The position numbers were made by a program, and so were the translations under genes. Positions 1 through 8,181 of a stretch of 64,000 bases of DNA are shown one piece after another (position 1 is the first letter of the stretch; each line of letters begins with the position of its first letter). The DNA comes from Dehalococcoidia bacterium (lineage in GTDB: Bacteria > Chloroflexota > Dehalococcoidia > GIF9 > UBA5629): NCBI GenBank assembly GCA_050011565.1, contig JBEKIW010000001.1, positions 448,001-512,000 of the forward strand, read 5' to 3'. The notes under the pieces were generated by a model. That model made no database searches and was not told the origin of the DNA. It saw nothing but the letters and a program-made list of their open reading frames with translations.

Positions 1-568
1 TACCAAACATCATCGGTCGTGCAAACACGTCATTGAAACCGTGGAAATCAATGAAATTATTATATATGGCATAACGAATCTCCACTGGAAGTATATTGCC
101 CAGACTATCCGCGATATCCTCGAATTTACTGTGTGGAATGCCGAACATCGGTCCCCTCTCGTCCATCCCAGAAAGACTCGGATTGAACACGTAGGTCCAA
201 CCCCTGAGCACAGGAATCGTCACCGCCGGCCCAGTATTGATTTGCAGCCCGAACTCCGGACATGTGTATTCATCTCCGTTTTTTCCCGATAGTGCCGCTG
301 GAACGCAGCGGAGCTTGAGAATGTAAGTTTCGGTGCCCGTACGCTTTCCATTGAATCCTATGTGGATGAACTGGGTTTCCATGTGGAAATGCTGGGACTC
401 TGGTTTTCGTTCGGCGGAAAGGTCAAATGGACCTTTGAGGTCTTGAATAAGGCGAGCTGATATATTCTGTTCTCTGCCTGCTTGAACGTCATTTCTTTGT
501 GGTTTACCACATTTCAAACAGAAATCTGTCTCGCCTGGCAATTCAGCGCCACAGATCATACAAAACAT
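1..568 (-). CDS. Zinc-ribbon domain protein, runs off the left edge (not in ORF track)
   Basis: Manual translation from ATG at 568: MFCMICGAELPGETDFCLKCGKPQ..., open for 189 codons to the window edge; CxxC...CxxC N-terminus; GAGG upstream. Confidence 0.8.
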   Translation of the reverse strand, partial: MFCMICGAELPGETDFCLKCGKPQRNDVQAGREQNISARLIQDLKGPFDLSAERKPESQHFHMETQFIHIGFNGKRTGTETYILKLRCVPAALSGKNGDEYTCPEFGLQINTGPAVTIPVLRGWTYVFNPSLSGMDERGPMFGIPHSKFEDIADSLGNILPVEIRYAIYNNFIDFHGFNDVFARPMMFG

Positions 569-1180
569 AACTTAGCCTCACTTAACCCTATCAATTAGAT
601 CGAAACTGCAAATGGTCTGAATTATATGCCGATTTTAAGCCTTTGGCGAATATACTACAACACGAACGTATTTTGCTTGAATACATCCCTGTTAGGTATC
701 TTCGGAACTTTGTGTAAAATAGGGCTCAATGAACAATTGTCAGAATTGTTACTCGGTAGCAACTGGTGAGTTTCTTACATCTCCAGAGTGTGCTCCAAAA
801 TGGGGGGCTTGTTGCTGAACTACAAACGGGTGTAGAATGAGCCTAACCAGAAGGACTTGGTTTCGGCCCGGTTGATTTAGCATAAGTCTGAAAGTTATCT
901 GCCACTTTTTACGAAAGAGGCTTGTGGCTATGCTCCCTGCGGAATTCGTGGCAAAATGGGATCGAGTTAGGCTAAGAGAGCGGCAATCATCACACGAACA
1001 CTTCATTGACCTTTGCCGTGTCCTTGGAGTGCCGACTCCGGCCGAGTGGGCCGACTAGGTTGACCATTTTCTTCTGCTACCTGCCTGCAGTACAGTTGAG
1101 ACAGCCACCTGTCACAGGTCCGGTATTCGTTTTCACCATCCCGATCAGTTGTTCAAGGCAGAGATAGAATATCCGGTAGA

Positions 1181-1714
1181 TTACTTAACCACCTCGGCTG
1201 TTGTCTGCTTCTGGGTCTGCAAAATGCCCGGCAAAGCATCCTGATTGGGAATAACCATCGTGATCATGAGTATGCCTTTGTCGCTGGGCGCTGTTACGAC
1301 TTGTGCCTTTCCCGTTGGGTCCTTGTATATCATGCCCTTGGAGACCAATACAATTTCAACCGGGTTCGTCTTGGCCTGCGAACTGGTAAAGTTAAAGAAA
1401 TTATCCGTATTCATGGCAAAAGCGGAGATAGTCCAGAGCTGGGTTGTCATAGACGTCACGCGAAGCGGATGCTGGCTTACGTCGTAAATACAGAGTGAAT
1501 AAATATCATCAGGCGCCGGTCTGACCACGTCCGTGCTCTGGTCTGTAATCGGCGGTTGGAAAACCCACTGGTTGCTGGGAAAGTTGAACTTCTTGGTAAT
1601 TGTTGCTTCCATTATCGCGGTGGGAAGACTGATCGCGACGATCAGGTTTACAATGACGGCCACAACGATGACGGCTAATAGCGTCCATCCTATCCACGGT
1701 ATCCATTTCTTCAT
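1181..1714 (-). CDS. DUF1254 domain membrane-anchored protein
   Basis: N-terminal TM helix; VVRPAPDDIYSLCIYDVS...PLRVT resembles DUF1254; coupled to the DUF1214 gene. Confidence 0.7.
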   Translation of the reverse strand: MKKWIPWIGWTLLAVIVVAVIVNLIVAISLPTAIMEATITKKFNFPSNQWVFQPPITDQSTDVVRPAPDDIYSLCIYDVSQHPLRVTSMTTQLWTISAFAMNTDNFFNFTSSQAKTNPVEIVLVSKGMIYKDPTGKAQVVTAPSDKGILMITMVIPNQDALPGILQTQKQTTAEVVK

Positions 1715-2316
1715 TATTGGCAGCCCTCCTTGACGATGTCCGGCAGCTGCGCTGCCTTCAGTGCATTGGCGGTCGAGTAAGCAGTCCCGGAGTCATGCAG
1801 GCGGAGGTACACATTCAGTGTTTTAGCGTTGCCAGTTGGCAGCCAGTTCCCCTGCTTCTGCGTCCTCGACAGGTATATTTTGAAACTGCCGTCAGGCTCA
1901 AACTTGATATCGGTGGAACTGAACGACCAGCGGTTCTGGTCATTGGCTATCAGGAAGCCATTCTCGTTGTAAACAGTGACATTCCAATATCCTGACTTGG
2001 GCGCCGGGCCCTGTATCACATAGTCACAGTTGGCCGCCAGCGGCTGCCCGCTGTCATCGGTGTAAGCGGCCAGGTAAATGCTTAAGGATGCGCTTACTGC
2101 CATAAGCCCGTTTTCAGCGACCCAGGCCTTGATATAGGGATTTGCACCGCTGCTGCCATAGGCCAGGTTGGTTGTCCAGGGTCCGTTCTTGATGTTGCTC
2201 CCACTGGTGACCAGATTGGCAACGGGGTTTACGGTGACAAAGCCGATGGCAGCGCCCGCAACCAAGGCTATCGCGGCAGCTATCAGGAACTTGTAGATGG
2301 CTTTTATGTTAATCAC
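1714..2316 (-). CDS. DUF1214 domain protein
   Basis: DDSGQPL...Y.I.G...YWNVTVY...DGSFKIYLS...GNWLPT...LNVYLRL is typical of DUF1214; start codon uncertain. Confidence 0.8.
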   Translation of the reverse strand: MINIKAIYKFLIAAAIALVAGAAIGFVTVNPVANLVTSGSNIKNGPWTTNLAYGSSGANPYIKAWVAENGLMAVSASLSIYLAAYTDDSGQPLAANCDYVIQGPAPKSGYWNVTVYNENGFLIANDQNRWSFSSTDIKFEPDGSFKIYLSRTQKQGNWLPTGNAKTLNVYLRLHDSGTAYSTANALKAAQLPDIVKEGCQ

Positions 2317-2319
2317 CTC

Positions 2320-2446
2320 CTATATATTTGTAACTAGAGCGATGAAAGCGATGAAAGCGATGAGGATGATGGCAGTCCAAGCCGGTCATGCCCTTCTGTT
2401 CTTTCAGGAGTATAAGCCGTATATATGTGAATAACCTATTATACAC
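2320..2446 (-). pseudogene. Remnant of an archaellin/class III signal peptide gene
   Basis: Reads KEQKGMTGL, then after a 2-bp deletion TAIILIAFIAFIALVTNI-stop; matches the archaellin N-terminus G|MTGLETAIILIAF. Confidence 0.55.
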
Positions 2447-2758
2447 AGCTAACCATGCACGCACAAGGGCCGTTCGGTACAATAAATATGACCCGTTAGG
2501 TCAATAAGGTGCTTCGTAAATGCGGCTTGCCAGGGCACAAGATGATAGTTGTGTTTCAGGCGGAGTTCGACCCTGCCTCGCCTCCCCGTCTATTGACCTC
2601 TCCCCTACACAATCCGTCAAATTGTGCGGTACGGGTTCAGTGGAAGAATCTTTGGAAAACACTGCCGGGCCACCACAGTTTTTTTCAAACTGATTGACGA
2701 ACATAACTCCTGCCGCTATAGTAAGAACTGGACAGAGTAACTATTGACGGAGAGATTC

Positions 2759-3469
2759 ATGCGTTTCTTGGATTTGGATTTGGATTTCTTCCTGAATGAC
2801 AACGCTTACTGCAGCGAATGTGACAAATGTGACAGCGGAAGGCTAGGTTCAGAGTATAAGCCATGGAGTGCCTCTAAGGTACGGCACTTTCTTGAGGAGA
2901 GATGTGGCCTCTCACCTGATGCCCCGGTACAGGGGCGCACGGTAGAAAGTCATGATGGAGTATTTGACTTCTGGCGTACGCTCATTGAATCTGGTGGTCT
3001 CAGGGTACCATTTGAAGTGATACACATAGATGCTCACCCCGACCTGTGGGTAGGGGGCGGGCTGTATCTGAGGTCAGAGTTTCTGCATGTTGACTCGGAA
3101 CGTGGGCTTGCGATGCTCAATAGAAAACACGTTCATTCGGGTAACTACTTGACTTTTGCCATTGCGTACGGATGGATAGCCTCTCTTGTGTGGGTTCCTC
3201 TCCGCAAGCACTTGAAAGGTCTGCCCAAATGGGACGGTGATGCAAGGTCCGATTTAATACAGTTCAAGAAGAGAAAAGGTGAAGGCCCTATCCAAGAGTT
3301 ACCCGTGGTAGAAAGGGACCCCGGTGTTCCCTTCAAGATATTACCCTGGCATAAGTTCAGAACAAGTGAAACATTTGACTACATTGCGTTTAGCAGATCG
3401 CCGAACTTTACTCCGCCTGAAAGTGACGAATTGATCCCCATCGTTGAGGGGTACATGAGACAAATATGA
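2759..3469 (+). CDS. UPF0489 family protein
   Basis: MRFLDLDLDFF, VIHIDAHPDL, GNYLTFAIA and SRSPNFTP motifs. Confidence 0.75.
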   Translation: MRFLDLDLDFFLNDNAYCSECDKCDSGRLGSEYKPWSASKVRHFLEERCGLSPDAPVQGRTVESHDGVFDFWRTLIESGGLRVPFEVIHIDAHPDLWVGGGLYLRSEFLHVDSERGLAMLNRKHVHSGNYLTFAIAYGWIASLVWVPLRKHLKGLPKWDGDARSDLIQFKKRKGEGPIQELPVVERDPGVPFKILPWHKFRTSETFDYIAFSRSPNFTPPESDELIPIVEGYMRQI

Positions 3470-3798
3470 TTCAACATTCTTTGCGCTCTCATATGTTATT
3501 TGCGGATATATGTACTTGCGTCCAGTGCCCTTGGCTACCCACTGCCTGCTCCTGAGGCTATGATGGTGCATGGACTAACTTAGAAAATGGTAACACTTCG
3601 GGGGGCAGGTCAACTAGCACGGTCAATATGCCTTAGAGATTAGCATAGATTGTCTTGGTTGTTTGTTAAGCGGCCGGGAGCTCCCTTGAACGTACAATAC
3701 AGCGATTCTGCTAACAAAAAGCCAAACCGTGTGACCGTTTACGGAGTTGTCGGCGAGCTAAAAGCCCTGTGTGACTGGTAAGATTTGCGGTTTAAGAC

Positions 3799-4341
3799 CT
3801 AGGTAGCTCTCGGTTTTAGTGGGCGTAATGACTTAAACCATTTATTCTCATCAGCATATTGATTAAGTTTATCTCTTAATTCCTGGGTATTGTTTGCTTC
3901 TTCTTGTTTTACCAAATAAGGTCCAGTTTTCTTTCGATTCGGAAGTTCAGATTCACCCACTCCTTTGCTGACAAGACTTGTATAGATCGTTATCAGAGCC
4001 TCAAGTATTCTAGTCTCAACAGATTCCGGCCCAGGATGAATAAAACACAATCCATCCACATTTTCAACGAGAAATGAACGAATGACGTCTGCAATTATGA
4101 TATCCTGCTTCTCTGCCTCACTATCTAAAACTTCAAAGATTAACTTTTTATTATTCCTTAAGATGAAATATACGTCTGGCTGATAATTCACAACAAGTTT
4201 TGAACGAGCCTCAACTATTGAAAGAGGGCGCTCACTACCACGATAAACTTTCTTAATTTTCTTCTGACTTCTCCAATCACTACCTAATGTAATTAAGCAG
4301 GCCTCAACTTTTCTATGATATTCCGTAGCCATGACAATCAC
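3799..4341 (-). CDS. Hypothetical protein, possible PD-(D/E)XK nuclease fold
   Basis: 180-aa ORF with EYH...YQPDVYFILRNNKKLIFEV, a PD-x(n)-E pattern lacking the canonical Lys. Confidence 0.6.
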   Translation of the reverse strand: MIVMATEYHRKVEACLITLGSDWRSQKKIKKVYRGSERPLSIVEARSKLVVNYQPDVYFILRNNKKLIFEVLDSEAEKQDIIIADVIRSFLVENVDGLCFIHPGPESVETRILEALITIYTSLVSKGVGESELPNRKKTGPYLVKQEEANNTQELRDKLNQYADENKWFKSLRPLKPRAT

Positions 4342-4451
4342 TATCGTCGGGCGAGAAATGAAACCCTTTTTTTCCTCTTACTCCCTTTAGGACGGATATA
4401 AAAAGTAACTCGTTTTCTTCTTGTCTTCTTGCTGCCTTTCTTGTCTGCCAT
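4341..4451 (-). CDS. 36-aa highly basic peptide (below ORF-track cutoff)
   Basis: AGGTGA RBS, then MADKKGSKKTRRKRVTFYIRPKGSKRKKRVSFLARR; TAG overlaps the GTG of the downstream ORF. Confidence 0.55.
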   Translation of the reverse strand: MADKKGSKKTRRKRVTFYIRPKGSKRKKRVSFLARR

Positions 4452-4783
4452 AAAATCACCTAACTCTGCTAAATATTGCCACTGGTATTATATGGAACTT
4501 ATTACCAGGAAATCAATTGAGCAGACCATCTGTATAGTGGCCTACGGTGTTGTTAAACTCCTGAATTAGACTTTATTGAACATTACATCGTTTTGTTAAC
4601 TGCCAGCTGTACCTCTGGTTACACACTTAGAAAAACAATCTGCAGACTCGTTACAATCACTCACACACCCGCACACACGGTTTACACTCCAAAAAAATTG
4701 TTCACACACCCGATACACACCTTTTACACTCGGAAAAATCGCTCACATACCCCATACACACCGTTTACACACCCTTTACATAT

Positions 4784-4820
4784 AAAGTTACAAATTAGTG
4801 TGACACTATCCTGTAACTTT
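4784..4820. promoter_or_regulatory. 37-bp interrupted palindrome at the centre of the array
   Basis: AAAGTTACA-aat-TAGTGT-g-ACACTA-tcc-TGTAACTTT; function unknown. Confidence 0.6.
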
Positions 4821-4994
4821 AGTTACAAAACAATGTAGCAGAAACTTGCAACCTTGTATGTGGAGTGAAGGTGAAGCAGATGAAATCTATGACTACGGTG
4901 GTTTTCTGAGTGTGATGGTGAAAGTGAAGGATTTTTCCTTGAGTGTAAAACGATAGTGAAGGGAGAGTAAAGGTTTTTCCTTCGAGTGTAGACC

Positions 4995-5249
4995 GATAGT
5001 GAAGGGAGAGTAAAGGAAAATGAAGGTCGTATCCGTCTAAATCAAGCGAGTGTAAGGTTGAGTATAAAAGGAGAGTAAGTCGAGAGTAAAGAAATTTTCT
5101 CCGAGTGTAAAGTGATAGTGAAGGGAGAGTAAAGAAAAATGAAGGTCGTATCCGTCTAAATCAAGCGAGTGTAAGGTTGAGTATAAAAGGAGAGTAAGTC
5201 GAGAGTAAAGAAATTTTCTCCGAGTGTAAAGTGATAGTGAAGGGAGAGT
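4995..5249 (+). repeat. 119-bp near-perfect tandem duplication (about 2.1 copies)
   Basis: Units start at 4995, 5114 and 5233 with GATAGTGAAGGGAGAGT. Confidence 0.95.
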
Positions 5250-5448
5250 GAAGCCCCAGTGACTGATAGTGAAGGGAGAGTAGATGAGAGTAAGGAGAGT
5301 AAAGGTTTTCGCTTTACACTCGAATTCAGTTTATTTTTTCAGTTTTTAAAATCAATGATTTTCGGATAACACCAAACAAAACGATGTTTCGTGCAAAAGG
5401 GTGTAGTCTCATGCCCTCTTTTTCGTCAAAGGCGCCTTGCGTATTCGG

Positions 5449-6054
5449 TTATTCATCCTTTATGCATAGGCAGCTCTGGAAAAGTCCCAGATACAGATTT
5501 CTTCTTTCAACCACACGAAATCCAGATTCTACCAATGTCTTGAATAATTCCGGCCACTCAAATCTAGACTCCATAGGATGATGAATTTTAAGAAAATGCT
5601 CTAAATTGTCCAAGGCTTTTTTACGTGGCTCATGAACTAATAGAACTCCGCCACATTTCAGTACTCTATTTATCTCTTTAAGAGCAATGCGCCATTCAGG
5701 TACATGGTGAAGAACATCAAAGGCAAAAACCGCATCAAATTTCTCCGATGGTAGTAAAATATGAGTTACGTCCCCCACAAATAGATTCGCTGGCAATCCC
5801 CTTTGCCTGGCAAGCTCAATCTCCTCCGGCAAAACATCGAAAGCGAAAAGTTCTTTCGGTTGGAACTCCTCCATTATCAGCTGTGAGCTATAACCAGAAC
5901 CACAGCCAACATCCAGTATTACCTTGTTGGTTAAATCAATATGATTGTCCTTAAGGTACTGTTTAAAAGACCTAAACTCATAGTGTTTTTGGCAGACTTC
6001 CCTCACCACACTATTGACAAGCCTTAATTCTTTTCTATCTATAGCTGAGTACAA
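5449..6054 (-). CDS. Class I SAM-dependent methyltransferase
   Basis: ILDVGCGSG, FDAVF...VLHHV, RVLKCGG. Confidence 0.9.
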   Translation of the reverse strand: MYSAIDRKELRLVNSVVREVCQKHYEFRSFKQYLKDNHIDLTNKVILDVGCGSGYSSQLIMEEFQPKELFAFDVLPEEIELARQRGLPANLFVGDVTHILLPSEKFDAVFAFDVLHHVPEWRIALKEINRVLKCGGVLLVHEPRKKALDNLEHFLKIHHPMESRFEWPELFKTLVESGFRVVERRNLYLGLFQSCLCIKDE

Positions 6055-6301
6055 AGTAACTCCTCAGTTTGAATAGATACCCAGGGATGAAAACCTGTAC
6101 ATTCAACAGCCATGTAAGTCTCGTTTGGTTGCGGTGTTTTCTCCATTATACACCGAGTCCGATCCAAAATAATGCCAGTGGTTGCTAATAAGGTTAGACC
6201 TTTTGACATTGGGAACAGCAGCTGCCATGACTCCAAAAATGGGGGCAAGTACATTAATCCAGAATGTAACATTCTATCTGGATTAGTTTTTGGGGGTCAG
6301 G

Positions 6302-6781
6302 TCATGTTGATGCAGGGAATGGCGGTTTATGGGTAATACCCGCTACCTTAAGAGACTTATTGCGCAGCTTTTCCAGGTATCCATATAATTCCTTGCGCTC
6401 TTGCTTTGTAAGGATTGATAAGACCTGGTTAATAGTCTTTCTATTCAATGAAATATTATAGGCCTGGCGGCCTTTGGGAGTTATGGTAACTCTGACTAGG
6501 TTCTTCTTGTGAAGGTTTTTGGTCCTCTTGATAAGACCATCTTTCTCCATCCTGTCCAGCAAACCAGATACAGAGTGAGGCCGGCGCACGATCCATCTGG
6601 AAATTTCAGCCGGTGTGGCTTCATTGCCGATGGAGTCAATAATAAATAGCGCAGCCGCTTTGATCGTAGATAAACCGTGTTGTTCTAGCTCTCTGTCCCG
6701 AGCGAGTGTGATACCTGAATGAACCTGCTCCAGCATTGTCCATAGGTTATAGATTTCATCAGTAGAATAACTCCCTTTCAT
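6302..6781 (-). CDS. MarR family transcriptional regulator
   Basis: TPAEISRW...SVSGLLDRMEKDGLIKR...VRVTITPKG winged HTH. Confidence 0.9.
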   Translation of the reverse strand: MKGSYSTDEIYNLWTMLEQVHSGITLARDRELEQHGLSTIKAAALFIIDSIGNEATPAEISRWIVRRPHSVSGLLDRMEKDGLIKRTKNLHKKNLVRVTITPKGRQAYNISLNRKTINQVLSILTKQERKELYGYLEKLRNKSLKVAGITHKPPFPAST

Positions 6782-7167
6782 TTTACCACCCCATTTAAAA
6801 CATTAATATAGGAATTTTTCCTATACGTACTATTGATCTATTTTATCACAATGGAATATCGAATTATATGTAAAACTGTTTTGCACGTTATGGCTAATTG
6901 TTCAGCACAATGTGCTTTGATTCTTTCATAAGGCGTACAATGTAAGATCCTTTGAGACCACTTTGCTCACTCCTTTCTATTTCATTGAAGAATAGAATAT
7001 GCTGTTTACTCCGCCAGACTGTCCTAACCCTACCTATAAAGCCATAGGGGTGCACACTGAGCTAGACAGATTTACCGAGTGTGATATAATTACACATGCG
7101 AATGATGAAAAACAGCAAGTTAAAAAAAGAGATGGCAGCTTACTTATGAGTTGAAAGAGCTTTTACT

Positions 7168-8181
7168 ATGTCAAATCTTTTGTACCGAACAGGACTGGGG
7201 AAGTACCTCGTAGGAGATTCTCGGGATTTTCTTAGAGGGAAACTAGGTAAAGAACTCCAGAACAAGGTTCAGTTAATTCTAACATCACCGCCATTTCCCC
7301 TCAATAATAAAAAGCACTATGGTAACTTAGAGGGCAAAGCGTACAAAGACTGGTTTACGAGTCTTGCAGAAATCTTCTCCAAGCTTCTCACGGACAACGG
7401 CTCAATCATCATTGAACTCGGTAACGCATGGGAACCCAGGAGGCCTGTCCAGTCTCTGCTACCAGTAGAATCGTTGCTGGAGTTTGTGAAGAATCCAAAA
7501 GCGGGACTCAGGCTTTGCCAACAATTTGTCTGCTACAACCCCTCTCGACTTCCAACTCCGGCACAATGGGTAACAATCAAACGGATGCGAGTAATCGATA
7601 GCTTCACACACATTTGGTGGATATCAAAGACAGATTACCCGAAAGCAGATAATCGAAAGGTACTGAGGCCTTACAGCAAAAGTATGAAATCCCTTCTCAA
7701 GAAAAAATCATACAATGCCGGCAAGAGGCCATCAGAACATGTCATTGGAGCGAAAAGCTTCTTGAAAGACAATGGCGGCAGCATCATACATAATTTAATA
7801 GAGCTAGAGCCGATTGACGAAAAAAGGGATTTGCGTTTACCTAATGTCTTCAGTATTGCCAATACAAAGTCTAACGATTTCTACACGAGAACCTGCCGTG
7901 AAAGAGGCATTCCCCTGCATCCTACGCGTATGCCTTTAGGGATTGCCTGCTTTTTTATAGAGTTCCTCACGAACCCAGGAGACCTTGTGCTTGACCCATT
8001 TGCAGGGAGCAACACTACCGGTTTCTGCGCCGAAAAGCTTGCTCGTCAATGGATCGCCATAGATATAGATAAAGAATATGGAAAATTTTCCGCGGTCAGA
8101 TTTGAAGACCCGTCCATCAAGGTGCCTCTGATTAAAGAGTTTTCGGAGGAAGACAATGAATGTGCCCGGGACAATACTTAA
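7168..8181 (+). CDS. Site-specific DNA methyltransferase, beta class (probably N4-cytosine)
   Basis: Motif IV TSPPF N-terminal; HPTRMP and motif I VLDPFAGS C-terminal, as in M.PvuII-type enzymes. Confidence 0.9.
   Translation: MSNLLYRTGLGKYLVGDSRDFLRGKLGKELQNKVQLILTSPPFPLNNKKHYGNLEGKAYKDWFTSLAEIFSKLLTDNGSIIIELGNAWEPRRPVQSLLPVESLLEFVKNPKAGLRLCQQFVCYNPSRLPTPAQWVTIKRMRVIDSFTHIWWISKTDYPKADNRKVLRPYSKSMKSLLKKKSYNAGKRPSEHVIGAKSFLKDNGGSIIHNLIELEPIDEKRDLRLPNVFSIANTKSNDFYTRTCRERGIPLHPTRMPLGIACFFIEFLTNPGDLVLDPFAGSNTTGFCAEKLARQWIAIDIDKEYGKFSAVRFEDPSIKVPLIKEFSEEDNECARDNT

Larger units (their letters stand above)
4616..5321. repeat. Bipartite array of ~11-bp phased motifs around a central palindrome
   Basis: Left arm ..TTTACACTC/ACACACC units; right arm GAGTGTAAA/GATAGTGAAGG/GAGAGTAAAG units at 11-bp steps (4941, 4952, 4963; 4984, 4995, 5006; 5103, 5114, 5125). 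Confidence 0.9.

Noticed and set aside
662-675. LexA box (GAAC-N4-GTTC)
   Set aside because: Right half reads TTTG, two mismatches
4593-4838. 81-aa His/Thr/Pro-rich ORF
   Set aside because: Translation of the ACAC repeat arm, with a weak TTG start and no RBS
4941-5281. CRISPR array built on GATAGTGAAGGGAGAGT
   Set aside because: Spacing is irregular (43, 119, 119, 32 bp), the intervening sequences are themselves repeated, and there are no cas genes
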